In this document: positions 40,696 to 49,423 of the stretch, in pieces
Numbering within the stretch: position 1 is the stretch's first letter
Layout: every line of letters begins with the position of its first letter
Assembly: GCA_001791305.1 (NCBI GenBank)
Contig: MGEI01000004.1
Span: 1-59,100, forward strand
From: Candidatus Uhrbacteria bacterium RIFCSPLOWO2_01_FULL_47_17
GTDB lineage: Bacteria; Patescibacteriota; Patescibacteriia; UBA9934; GWF2-40-263
Reading direction: 5' to 3'
DNA length: 59,100 nucleotides
Position numbers and translations under genes: made by a program
The notes under the pieces: generated by a model
Database searches by the model: none
What the model was told of the DNA's origin: nothing
Seen by the model: the letters and a program-made list of their open reading frames with translations, nothing else

Positions 40696-42111
40696 ATGGT
40701 ATACTGGCGTTACATGTTCCACAAAATCACCGAGAAAACGTTTTATCAGTACGTGAAATGCCCACATTGGGTGTATTTTGATGTGCATTCTGATCGCAAG
40801 CGTCCGCACCATCCGCTTATGGAGCGGCTCATTGATGACGGCATGATTGATGCGCGTCAGCGTGAAGTCATTTCTGATCGTGAAGATGTTGCGGAAGTTA
40901 TGGCAGAAGATCCGGATGATGCATTCAGACAAACACTTGCCTTCATGGCAGAAGGCAGACAAACGATTTTTCATGGCGTCCTCGTCGACAGGCACTGGGT
41001 CGGACATCCAGATGTGCTTGAAAAAGTTGAGGGCGTCTCACGATTGGGAAACCATTATTATGTTGCGGCGGACATGAAGCGTTCGCGGTATCTTCGCGAT
41101 GAATTTAAGTTTCAAGGGTGTTTTTACGCGGAGCTTCTCTCAAAAATTCAGGAAGTAAAACCTGTAAACGGATATGTCATCACCCCAGACAAAACTGTTT
41201 TGTCCTACCCCATTGAAGAAATGGAGGCGCAGTTTCATTTGAATTTGATGGAGATTGAAAAGATTATTGCCGGGCTGAAGCCTGCACACTTTGTGACCAC
41301 AGGCTGCAAACAGTCTCCATGGTTTTCGGAGTGTCGCACAGAATCGGAATCGTGTGACGATTTGTCCCTTTTGAATCGTGTATGGCGAGAAGAAGTTGCT
41401 GCACTTCAGTCGTCCAACATTCGTACGATCACAGAATTATCGAAACTGACGTTTGCAGAACTTGAACGTCGCGTGCCAAATATGAGTGTTGCTCGATTAG
41501 AAATCATGCACGACCAAGCGCTCGCCATCAAACACGGAAAACATTTCATCCGAAAATCCATTAAGCTTCCAAAAGCGGATATTGAATTGTATTTTGATAT
41601 TGAAAGCGATCCACTTCGAGATTTCGATTATTTGTTTGGTGTGCTCAAGATCGAAAATGGAAAAGAGAGTTATCATCCATTCATGGCAGCATCCGCCGCG
41701 CAAGAATCTGATATGTGGCTCGAGTTTTGTGATTTTGTTGCACAGCATCTCGAGGCGCCCATTTATCATTATGGATTCTTTGAACAAGAAGTTGTTCGTC
41801 GCTTTGCCTCGCGTTACGGCATTTCAGAGATCGTGCAAGAAGCGCTTGATCGCAACATGATTGATTTAATCGAGCTTGTTCGTCCTGCAATCATTTTTCC
41901 CTTATCGTTCTATTCGCTGAAAGACATCGCAAGCTACATTGGATTTCACTGGCGTGCGGATGATGCGTCTGGAGCAAACTCTGTGTTATGGTTTGAAGAT
42001 TGGCTTGCGTCCAAGAGTCCAACACTCCTCCAGAAAATTATGGAATATAATGAAGACGACGTCATGGCAACATGGAAATTAAAAGTATGGCTCACAAAGC
42101 ACGCAAATTAG
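40696..42111 (+). CDS. TM0106-family RecB-like nuclease (PD-(D/E)xK N-domain plus RNase H-like C-domain)
   Basis: N-terminal Cas4/RecB-like block with Cys (YVKCPHW ... DMKRS ... C..SPWFSEC). C-terminal YFDIESDP and YNEDDV DEDD-like motifs. Alternative start at 40714. Confidence 0.65.
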   Translation: MVYWRYMFHKITEKTFYQYVKCPHWVYFDVHSDRKRPHHPLMERLIDDGMIDARQREVISDREDVAEVMAEDPDDAFRQTLAFMAEGRQTIFHGVLVDRHWVGHPDVLEKVEGVSRLGNHYYVAADMKRSRYLRDEFKFQGCFYAELLSKIQEVKPVNGYVITPDKTVLSYPIEEMEAQFHLNLMEIEKIIAGLKPAHFVTTGCKQSPWFSECRTESESCDDLSLLNRVWREEVAALQSSNIRTITELSKLTFAELERRVPNMSVARLEIMHDQALAIKHGKHFIRKSIKLPKADIELYFDIESDPLRDFDYLFGVLKIENGKESYHPFMAASAAQESDMWLEFCDFVAQHLEAPIYHYGFFEQEVVRRFASRYGISEIVQEALDRNMIDLIELVRPAIIFPLSFYSLKDIASYIGFHWRADDASGANSVLWFEDWLASKSPTLLQKIMEYNEDDVMATWKLKVWLTKHAN

Positions 42112-42905
42112 AGGTTTTGAAAGAGAAAAAATGGTTTCCTATTGCTCTTGTGGCCATGGTTATTCTTGGGTTGTTTTACGTGGAACGCGGACGTATTTTA
42201 GATGTTTTACGAACGCAGACAGCTCCAGCGCTTCCAGATGCAATTGATTATCAAGGTGACCAATTTGCGGAATCAAAACCCGGGACAACCAAACCTGCTC
42301 AATCACCCGCAACACATACGACTATTGTCGCGGAAATAAACCTTGCCGTTCCGTTTACGGTTCAGGCTCCAACGACAGACTGGAATCAGCCGTATCAAGA
42401 TGCGTGTGAAGAAGCGTCTGTGCTTATGGTGAAAGAATATTACGCAAAAGGTCCGAGGCTGATCGATCCTGACGTCGCAACAAAAGAGATTCTCGCCATG
42501 GTTGCGTTTGAAGATCAGTTATTCGGATACAACATTGATACAACCGTTGCAGAAACGGCTTTGTTTGCAGAAGAGATGTATGGATTACAAGCAGAAATTT
42601 TGGAAAATCCAACCGTTGAGCAATTAAAAGTGCGATTAGACAAAGGGCAGCCGATTATTTTTCCCGCAGCCGGACAGGTGTTGAAAAATCCGTATTTCAC
42701 TCCGCCGGGACCAACGTATCACATGGCGGTTATTCGAGGATACACAAAAAACAACTTGTTTATTGTGAATGACCCAGGGACTAAACGTGGTAATGCGTAT
42801 GTGTATTCATTTGATACCCTCATGAGCGCGATCCATGATTGGAACGCGGGGGCAGATATTTTGGAAGGCAAAAAAGTTGTGCTTATTTTACATCCAAAAA
42901 AATAA
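42087..42905 (+). CDS. peptidase C39-like (YvpB/C39_2) domain protein, membrane-anchored
   Basis: N-terminal TM. VPFTVQAPTTDWNQPYQDACEEASVLM and later H-containing blocks are typical of C39_2. Confidence 0.55.
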   Translation: MAHKARKLEVLKEKKWFPIALVAMVILGLFYVERGRILDVLRTQTAPALPDAIDYQGDQFAESKPGTTKPAQSPATHTTIVAEINLAVPFTVQAPTTDWNQPYQDACEEASVLMVKEYYAKGPRLIDPDVATKEILAMVAFEDQLFGYNIDTTVAETALFAEEMYGLQAEILENPTVEQLKVRLDKGQPIIFPAAGQVLKNPYFTPPGPTYHMAVIRGYTKNNLFIVNDPGTKRGNAYVYSFDTLMSAIHDWNAGADILEGKKVVLILHPKK

Positions 42906-42906
42906 T

Positions 42907-43380
42907 ATGGACTATCTTCTTGGCGCATCTCTTGGGGGACTCATTGCGTTCGCATACTCGATTCCCGCGATTATGCTCGAACTCATTGAGCGTGGGAAAG
43001 CATCTGTCGCTCCTCCGGTTATCACCGTCAAAACAATTTTTGGGTATACGATCAAAAAACGAGAAGCGTTTTGGGTTGGATTGTTGCTTCATTTGTGTAT
43101 CGGCATGTTGTTCGGTTTGATCTATATTTTATTTGTTGAGCGCGGATGGTTGTTCGTGACACATCGTCCGTACACTTTTTTGTCCTTTGCCGTGTATGGA
43201 TTTTTGAGCTGGATTTTTGTCGGACTTGTTGTGTATCCTCTCTTACAAATGGGTCTGTTCGGCCGACGTGAAGGAAAGGGGATTTGGCTCGAGACCCTCG
43301 TCACACATATGCTCCTCGGCGTCACGATGGCCGCACTCGTCTATTGGTTTCAGCCGTATTATTTTGCTGTAACATTTTAA
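42907..43380 (+). CDS. hypothetical 4-TM membrane protein
   Basis: 157-aa hydrophobic ORF starting 2 nt after the upstream stop. Confidence 0.5.
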   Translation: MDYLLGASLGGLIAFAYSIPAIMLELIERGKASVAPPVITVKTIFGYTIKKREAFWVGLLLHLCIGMLFGLIYILFVERGWLFVTHRPYTFLSFAVYGFLSWIFVGLVVYPLLQMGLFGRREGKGIWLETLVTHMLLGVTMAALVYWFQPYYFAVTF

Positions 43381-43382
43381 AC

Positions 43383-44594
43383 ATGGAACCTGTTGTTTTA
43401 CACGTTGCGGATTATCTTGCGCTTTTAAACGAGGTGCTTCACGATCGCGTGCCGTCAAATGAGATCCTGATCGAAGGTGAGGTTTCGGATTATCGCGTTG
43501 CCCAGCAGAAGTGGGTGAGTTTTGATTTGAAGGATGAAAAGGCGGAAGCGGTCTTGAAATGTTTTGCAACCGTGTGGCAGATTGGTACGCCGATCGAAGA
43601 CGGGATGCGTGTACATGTGAAAGGGTTTCCAAAAATGTATGAGCGATTCGGAACGCTCAAGTTGAATGTGCAATCGATCGAGCCGATCGGTGAAGGAGCG
43701 CTCAAGCGTGCGTACGATCTTTTAAAGAAAAAACTCGAGGTCGAAGGGTTATTTGATGTTTCTCGAAAACGCACACTGCCGCGATTTCCAAAGAAGATTG
43801 GCTTGATTACATCTCGAGATGCCGCGGCGTACGGAGATTTTTTGCGTATCGTAAATAATCGTTGGGGAGGAATCGAGATTGATCACGCACATGTGCATGT
43901 ACAAGGGCGCGAGGCTGTGCCCGAGATTCTCGGAGCGTTTCGACATTTCAATGCGTTACCTCTCGAGGAACGACCGGATGCAATCGTCCTCACGCGAGGC
44001 GGCGGTGGTCTCGAGGATCTCCATGCGTTCAACGACGAGCAAGTTGCACGCGCGGTTTATCAATCCATCATTCCGGTTGTTGTGGCGGTTGGACACGAAC
44101 GTGATGAGTCGCTTGCGGATTATGTTGCGGATATTCGTGCGAGCACGCCGTCAAACGCGGCAGAGCGCGTTGTGCCTTCTCGAGCCGATGTAAAATATGA
44201 GATCGACATGATGCTCACACACAACGAACAGCGATTGCAGTTTGTGATGGACGAATATCGTACAGCCGCAGAAAAGATTGCGACGCGCGTGGGACACATT
44301 CTCGAGCGTGAACGTGAGCGACTTGTAATGATCAACGCACGATTGCATGATCGCGCTGAGCGTTGGTTGCCTCTGCTTCGAGAATCCGTTGAGTCGTCGG
44401 CGCGCATGCTTCGACAAGTGGATCCAACGCGTATCCTCGCGCGAGGATACGCCATTGTCCGCATCGGCGGGGAAGTTGTAAAAGACGCGTCCTTGCTTGC
44501 GATCGGACGCGAAGTCGCGATACAATTGGGCGCAGGCGCAGTGGATGCAGAAGTTTTACGTGTAAATGGAAAGGGAAAGCAAAAACTTGTATGA
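43383..44594 (+). CDS. xseA: exodeoxyribonuclease VII large subunit
   Basis: OB-fold N-terminus (I.GEVS.......W.SF.LKD). ITS...AA..DF, RGGG..EDL..FN and GHE.D..LAD.VAD.RA.TPS blocks. Confidence 0.9.
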   Translation: MEPVVLHVADYLALLNEVLHDRVPSNEILIEGEVSDYRVAQQKWVSFDLKDEKAEAVLKCFATVWQIGTPIEDGMRVHVKGFPKMYERFGTLKLNVQSIEPIGEGALKRAYDLLKKKLEVEGLFDVSRKRTLPRFPKKIGLITSRDAAAYGDFLRIVNNRWGGIEIDHAHVHVQGREAVPEILGAFRHFNALPLEERPDAIVLTRGGGGLEDLHAFNDEQVARAVYQSIIPVVVAVGHERDESLADYVADIRASTPSNAAERVVPSRADVKYEIDMMLTHNEQRLQFVMDEYRTAAEKIATRVGHILERERERLVMINARLHDRAERWLPLLRESVESSARMLRQVDPTRILARGYAIVRIGGEVVKDASLLAIGREVAIQLGAGAVDAEVLRVNGKGKQKLV

Positions 44595-44800
44595 CCAAAA
44601 AACAATCACCTGTAGACTTCGCGAAATCTTTTGAGGAACTCGAAAAAATCACGCAGTGGTTTGATTCGGAAGAGCATCTCGATCTCGACAAAGGACTCAA
44701 GCAATTTGAACGCGGACTAGAACTTGCGTCAATGCTCAAAGAGAAATTGTCCGAAGTGGAAAATAAGGTCGTCGAAATTAAAAAACGCTTTGAAGATTAA
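44591..44800 (+). CDS. xseB: exodeoxyribonuclease VII small subunit
   Basis: 69 aa. FE..L.ELE.I......E..LD..L..FE.G pattern. 4-nt overlap with xseA. Confidence 0.85.
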   Translation: MTKKQSPVDFAKSFEELEKITQWFDSEEHLDLDKGLKQFERGLELASMLKEKLSEVENKVVEIKKRFED

Positions 44801-44828
44801 TTCTTGATCGGTCTTGTGACCCCATTTT

Positions 44829-45176
44829 ATGGAACTGCTTCTTCGTTGGCTCCTGAATGCGCTTGCGCTTATCATCGTCGCAAACGTTGTCCCAGGAATT
44901 CATGTGGATAGTTTTTATCATGCGCTCATTGCTGCCCTTATTCTTGGGCTCGCAAACGCGCTCGTTCGCCCCATTCTCATCGTGCTTACGCTTCCGGTCA
45001 CGATTCTCACGCTTGGATTATTCATCCTCGTGATCAATGCCCTCATGATTTTACTTGCTTCCACAATTGTAAAAGGATTTACGGTCACTGGATTTGTTCC
45101 AGCGTTTTTGGCAGCGATCGCGCTTTGGTTCATGAGTATGGTGACCAACTGGTTTATTCAATCAACGGAAAAATAA
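44829..45176 (+). CDS. DUF360/phage-holin-4_2 family membrane protein
   Basis: LLNALALIIVANVVPGI.V.SF..AL.AAL.LGL.NA.VRP.L..LTLP typical block. Confidence 0.7.
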   Translation: MELLLRWLLNALALIIVANVVPGIHVDSFYHALIAALILGLANALVRPILIVLTLPVTILTLGLFILVINALMILLASTIVKGFTVTGFVPAFLAAIALWFMSMVTNWFIQSTEK

Positions 45177-45205
45177 ACGCCATATGGCGTTTTTTCGTAT
45201 ACGAT

Positions 45206-45238
45206 CGAATGGGTACCCATGAAGGGCACCCCTACAAA
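45206..45238 (+). repeat. GC-hairpin-CTAC element, GGGTACCC type, copy 3
   Basis: ATGGGTACCC-ATGAA-GGGCACCC-CTACAAA. Lies 13 nt before the pyrH ATG (45251). Confidence 0.7.
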
Positions 45239-45250
45239 CAAAATTCAATT

Positions 45251-45946
45251 ATGAAACATGAAAACATTTTTATTCTTTCGGTCGGTGGCTCGCTTGTGGT
45301 TCCGAAATCGGGCATTGATGTAAAATTTTTACAGGATTTTAAAAAACTGATTGTGAAGCACGCGAAGCTTGGCAAGCGCTTCGTTATTGTTGTGGGTGGA
45401 GGAACAACCGCGCGGAATTATCAAGACGCCGCTCGACGTGTTGGAAAACTTACACGTGATGACATCGATTGGCTCGGCATTCACGCGACGCGTTTGAACG
45501 GACACTTGATGCGAACCGTGCTTCGAGATATTGCGAACCCCATCATGGTCAAAGATCCAACACGTCCAATCGGGAAATGGACCGAGCCCGTGCTTGTTGC
45601 GGCCGGATGGAAACCTGGTTGGTCGACCGATTATGTGGCGACACGTCTCGCAAAGAAGGTTGGAGCGACCACGATCGCGAATCTTTCGAATATCGATTAC
45701 GTCTACACCAAAGATCCAAACAAGTTTCGCAATGCGAAAAAGATCGAGTCGATCTCGTGGAAAGCATTTCGAAAAATGGTCGGTGATGTCTGGGATCCAG
45801 GGATGAACGTTCCGTTTGACCCGATCGCCTCAAAACTCGCCGAGCAATGCAAAATGCATGTCGCGATCGTAAACGGCACGAATATCAAGAATTTGGATCG
45901 ATTATTGTCAGGTAAGTCCTTCGAAGGGACGCAAATCGAGGATTGA
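45251..45946 (+). CDS. pyrH: UMP kinase, archaeal-type
   Basis: ILSVGGSLVVP, VVGGG..AR.Y and GW.PG.STD... pattern, with a length (231 aa) like archaeal PyrH rather than the bacterial YKR..LK.SGE type. Confidence 0.75.
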   Translation: MKHENIFILSVGGSLVVPKSGIDVKFLQDFKKLIVKHAKLGKRFVIVVGGGTTARNYQDAARRVGKLTRDDIDWLGIHATRLNGHLMRTVLRDIANPIMVKDPTRPIGKWTEPVLVAAGWKPGWSTDYVATRLAKKVGATTIANLSNIDYVYTKDPNKFRNAKKIESISWKAFRKMVGDVWDPGMNVPFDPIASKLAEQCKMHVAIVNGTNIKNLDRLLSGKSFEGTQIED

Positions 45947-45964
45947 CAAATCCTCGATTTTTTG
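45934..45964 (+). terminator. intrinsic terminator (stop codon in the loop)
   Basis: AATCGAGGATT-gaca-AATCCTCGATT followed by a T run. Confidence 0.7.
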
Positions 45965-46028
45965 TTATTCTGTGCGGTTCGGAAATAAGTTCGAACATCG
46001 GTGCTTCAACGATTTCGCGGAGGAAATC

Positions 46029-46856
46029 ATGCGTTTCGAGTATAGAATCGTGACGCGTACAGCGTCGCGTCATCGTCGATCGGAAGATGCGTGCGAGGCG
46101 ATGATCGATTCTCTGAATCGGTTCGTGGCCGTTGTCGCAGATGGACACGGTCCGGATCTGCAAACCGATCGCGCACAAGAGCTGTCGAAGCAAGTCGCTT
46201 CGGAGTTGGTGCGAGAGGTGGTGGAGCGTCAGGATCTGGGAGTGTTCCCGGAAATCTGTGGTGCTGTACAGACTCGAGTCAAAGTGACGTTCAAAAAGAT
46301 TCCTGTCGGTGCGGTTGCAACCTGTGTGGTTGCAGACGAGCGCGGAATTACAATCGCCCAGGTGGGAGATTGTGTGGTCCTGAAGTTTATACCGGATGAA
46401 TCGTTCCGTGTTGAACGGTTGACGCAGGACCACGTGCCAGATAATCCGACGGAGATTCCTCGTCTCCGTCCGTATTACGCAGATGGAAAATTCGATTCGC
46501 ACATTTATGAGCACGGAAATTTCTGCGTTTCTCGGCTGCATTGTAAAAAGACAGGAGCCACAGCTGCGTTCACACGCAGTTTCGGAGATCCGGATTTTCG
46601 TCCGATCGTGACACATGAGCCGGAAGTGAAGTTTTTCGAACATGTCTCGGAAGACGAGCTGTACGCGGTTTGTTCGGATGGGGGCGAAGATACGGCACGT
46701 ATCGCATTTCGTCGCTTGAAAAACAAGCGAGTGCCTCATGACGATCAGTTCATGGATACTCTCGAACGGTTTGCCACAGAAGAATTGCCTGACCGTCCCG
46801 ATGATGACATCACGATCATATTCTTTCGCGTTTTGCGCGACTCGCCGACCTCATAA
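46029..46856 (+). CDS. PP2C-family Ser/Thr phosphatase
   Basis: GGAGGAA SD. Motifs SED, VADGHG, VGDC, SFGD, CSDGG and DDITII. Confidence 0.75.
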   Translation: MRFEYRIVTRTASRHRRSEDACEAMIDSLNRFVAVVADGHGPDLQTDRAQELSKQVASELVREVVERQDLGVFPEICGAVQTRVKVTFKKIPVGAVATCVVADERGITIAQVGDCVVLKFIPDESFRVERLTQDHVPDNPTEIPRLRPYYADGKFDSHIYEHGNFCVSRLHCKKTGATAAFTRSFGDPDFRPIVTHEPEVKFFEHVSEDELYAVCSDGGEDTARIAFRRLKNKRVPHDDQFMDTLERFATEELPDRPDDDITIIFFRVLRDSPTS

Positions 46857-46869
46857 GAGGTCGGTTTTT
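46845..46869 (+). terminator. intrinsic terminator
   Basis: CCGACCTC-ataa-GAGGTCGG followed by T5. Confidence 0.7.
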
Positions 46870-46963
46870 CTTTCTCTCTTTACATTTTGCACATCTATGC
46901 TATTTTATTCTCCTCTCGATTTTGAGAGACGGGTTTTGTGCAACCACAAAAAGGTAAAGAGGC

Positions 46964-47815
46964 ATGATCATTGACCATACGGTTCTTTCGCTAAAAAGGC
47001 GGCATGAATACGTTTCGGAAGATGCGTATCATGTGCCGAAAAAAATGAGATTTCCGTTTTTTGCAGCGGTTGTGAATGGTGGCAGCATGTCTGTGCCACA
47101 ATCGCGCGTAGCGGAATTTTCAACATGCATCGTTCAGCGTTTGGTTGCCTCGTTTGAAGAACTTGGTTCATCTCCGGACGCCTTTGTCAGGATGTTTGAT
47201 CAAGCCGAGCAAGAGGTTGAAATCAGGTTTCCGCATCAGCCGATTGGAGCGACCGCCGCTTGTGTGAGTCTCACAAAGGAAGGGGTTCTGAACATTGCGC
47301 ACATTGGCGATTGTCGTCTGGCGCGCTATGCCAAAGATAATTTTGACGGCATGGATCGACTGACACATGATCACAACGCAGACAGAAAAGAGGAGCTTGA
47401 TCGTTTGCAGCCGTTTGTGAAGAGTGGATCGTTTCAAATTCGTTTGTGCGGAGAGTGGACGCCCATTCTTGATTTTCGCAAACGTCGGTTGCATTACTTT
47501 GAAACACAGCGCGGTTGGTCGGACCATTCCTTGCGCTCGACACGTGCGTTTGGACATCCGCAGTTTCGTCCCGCCGTCACTCATGAGCCGTGTGTCCAAA
47601 CACAGCAGATTGATCCAAACGAACCCGCCTTGTACGCGCTCAGTTCAAAAGAAGGCTACAAGATCGTTCGCAAAGTGTTCCATCGTCTCCAGGATCGCCG
47701 AGAAACAGATGTGAGTCTTGAGCAGGCAGAAGGTCTTGCGCGTGAGTTTTTCGCGCAAAAACCAAAAGGTCCGAAACAAGACATCACCATCATCTTCTTC
47801 AAGGTTTCCCCTTGA
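46964..47815 (+). CDS. PP2C-like paralog with degenerate metal-binding motifs
   Basis: Collinear with 46029..46856, but VADGHG becomes VVNGGS, SFGD becomes AFGH, CSDGG becomes SSKEG, and DDITII becomes KQDITII. Confidence 0.6.
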   Translation: MIIDHTVLSLKRRHEYVSEDAYHVPKKMRFPFFAAVVNGGSMSVPQSRVAEFSTCIVQRLVASFEELGSSPDAFVRMFDQAEQEVEIRFPHQPIGATAACVSLTKEGVLNIAHIGDCRLARYAKDNFDGMDRLTHDHNADRKEELDRLQPFVKSGSFQIRLCGEWTPILDFRKRRLHYFETQRGWSDHSLRSTRAFGHPQFRPAVTHEPCVQTQQIDPNEPALYALSSKEGYKIVRKVFHRLQDRRETDVSLEQAEGLAREFFAQKPKGPKQDITIIFFKVSP

Positions 47816-47820
47816 TTCTG

Positions 47821-47846
47821 CCGATTTCGCAAGAAGTCGGTTTTTT
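47821..47846 (+). terminator. intrinsic terminator
   Basis: CCGATTT-cgcaag-AAGTCGG followed by T6. Confidence 0.6.
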
Positions 47847-47847
47847 C

Positions 47848-47876
47848 TTGACATAAATCCAGCTTTCCCTTATTCT
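47848..47876 (+). promoter_or_regulatory. sigma70-like promoter for rplJ-rplL
   Basis: TTGACA-N17-TATTCT. Confidence 0.55.
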
Positions 47877-48033
47877 TTTCACAAATCCAATCGCCCAAGA
47901 CAGCAGGTGCCGCAAGGCATAAGTCCTGCCGAGGTGAAACGAGTGTCGAGTTTCGACATGTTTCATGTAGTCCTGGCGAAAAGCCCGGATTTTTTATTAA
48001 AGGTCGAAGACTCAAACATCGGATAAAAATACT
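47877..48033 (+). promoter_or_regulatory. rplJ 5' leader, probably structured (L10-leader-like)
   Basis: A ~155-nt UTR with hairpins (e.g. GCAGG..CCTGC) and a terminator-like CCTGGC-gaaaa-GCCCGG-T6 just before the start. Position is analogous to known L10 leaders. Confidence 0.35.
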
Positions 48034-48555
48034 ATGCCAAAAACCAGAAAACAGAAGGCTGAGATTAAAGATGAACTCGCGGACAAGTTCGGAAGAATGA
48101 AGTCTGTTGTGTTCACCTCCGTCTCTGGCTTCACCATGAAAGACGCAGATGCGCTTCGTACAAAGGGAAAAGCTGAAGGTGTGGACTTCTTGGTAACAAA
48201 GAAAACACTCCTTGTGCGCGCCTTGGAAGATAAAGGAATCACGTTGTCAAAAGACCTCGTATCCGGAAGTCTTCTTACCGCCATCAGCTATACCGATGAG
48301 GTTGCACCAGCCAAAATCATCGCAGACTTTTCAAAGGGTCGCGAAGGATTCAAGATGGTTGGAGGAATTTTGGAAGGATCATTTGTGGATTCACAAGCGG
48401 TTATCATGCTTTCAACCCTTCCATCTAAGCAAGAATTGCTTGCGAAATTGGTTGGTACATTGAACGCTCCGGTTTCAGGATTTGTAAACACTCTTGCTGC
48501 GAACGTTCGTGGCCTTGTGGTTACGCTGAACGCCATTTCGGAAAAGAAGGCGTAA
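48034..48555 (+). CDS. rplJ: 50S ribosomal protein L10
   Basis: Typical L10 N-terminus and length, immediately upstream of rplL. Confidence 0.95.
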   Translation: MPKTRKQKAEIKDELADKFGRMKSVVFTSVSGFTMKDADALRTKGKAEGVDFLVTKKTLLVRALEDKGITLSKDLVSGSLLTAISYTDEVAPAKIIADFSKGREGFKMVGGILEGSFVDSQAVIMLSTLPSKQELLAKLVGTLNAPVSGFVNTLAANVRGLVVTLNAISEKKA

Positions 48556-48576
48556 TTAAAAATTTATTTTATCTCT

Positions 48577-48978
48577 ATGGAAATGGAACAAGTAGAAGTC
48601 CCAGCAAAGTTCAAGACCCTCGTTGAGTCTATTGAAACAATGTCTGTTCTCGACCTTGCAGAACTCGTTAAACTTTTGGAAAAGAAATTTGGCGTCAGTG
48701 CAGCTGCTCCAGCCATGATGATGGCAGCAGGTGGTGCAGCAGCAGGAGCTCCAGCAGCAGAAGAGAAAACATCTTTTGATGTTGAGCTCACCGCTTGTGG
48801 AGACAACAAGATCGGTGTGATCAAAGTTGTTCGTGAAATTACGGGTCTTGGACTCAAGGAAGCAAAAGATATGGTTGATGGAGCACCAAAGGTTGTCAAA
48901 GAAGGTGTGTCAAAAGACCAAGCAGAAGAAATCAAAAAGAAATTGGTTGAAGCAGGTGGAACAGCGATTGTTAAATAA
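48577..48978 (+). CDS. rplL: 50S ribosomal protein L7/L12
   Basis: Ala-rich hinge. C-terminal domain [46 protein letters not shown]. Confidence 0.95.
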   Translation: MEMEQVEVPAKFKTLVESIETMSVLDLAELVKLLEKKFGVSAAAPAMMMAAGGAAAGAPAAEEKTSFDVELTACGDNKIGVIKVVREITGLGLKEAKDMVDGAPKVVKEGVSKDQAEEIKKKLVEAGGTAIVK

Positions 48979-48990
48979 TCGCAACAAAAA

Positions 48991-49020
48991 ATCCTCCCCG
49001 CCGTGGCGGGGAGGATTTTT
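48991..49020. terminator. bidirectional intrinsic terminator
   Basis: ATCCTCCCCGC-cgtg-GCGGGGAGGAT flanked by A and T runs, between convergent genes. Confidence 0.75.
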
Positions 49021-49024
49021 TTTA

Positions 49025-49417
49025 TTACTTTTTATACAACTTCATCCCATCAATCATGATGGTTTTTTCATCAATGATGGAGATGTAAATGTCATACGTT
49101 TTATTGTAGGGAATGGATGTTTTTTGCATTTGCACAGAAACATTGTCTTCAAAACGTTTGATGATTTGATAGGTTCCATTGTCTTTAAACGCAGATTCGG
49201 TTTTCATGTCATAGGTTCCATTTTTGAAGGAATATTCCACAAACCACGCATATCCATCTTTTGTGACCGCATCTGCACGCCATGTTCCGGTGAATTCATC
49301 TTTCATTTCTTGAACCGCTGGAGAAGAGGTTTTTTGGAACAGAACAAATCCGCCCACACCAAGAAGAGCTGCTGCAAGGACGATCGAACCAAGAAGGGAG
49401 AGCTGTTTTTTTGTCAT
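49025..49417 (-). CDS. hypothetical membrane-anchored protein
   Basis: N-terminal TM, then a beta-rich sequence. 130 aa. Confidence 0.5.
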   Translation of the reverse strand: MTKKQLSLLGSIVLAAALLGVGGFVLFQKTSSPAVQEMKDEFTGTWRADAVTKDGYAWFVEYSFKNGTYDMKTESAFKDNGTYQIIKRFEDNVSVQMQKTSIPYNKTYDIYISIIDEKTIMIDGMKLYKK

Positions 49418-49423
49418 ATGAGG

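Noticed and set aside
40696-40714. Choice of start codon for the RecB-like nuclease (40591, 40696 or 40714).
   Set aside because: A start at 40591 would overlap the divergent gene's SD and start region, and the extra residues look non-native. 40696 was kept as the first ATG after the divergent gene, but 40714 cannot be excluded.
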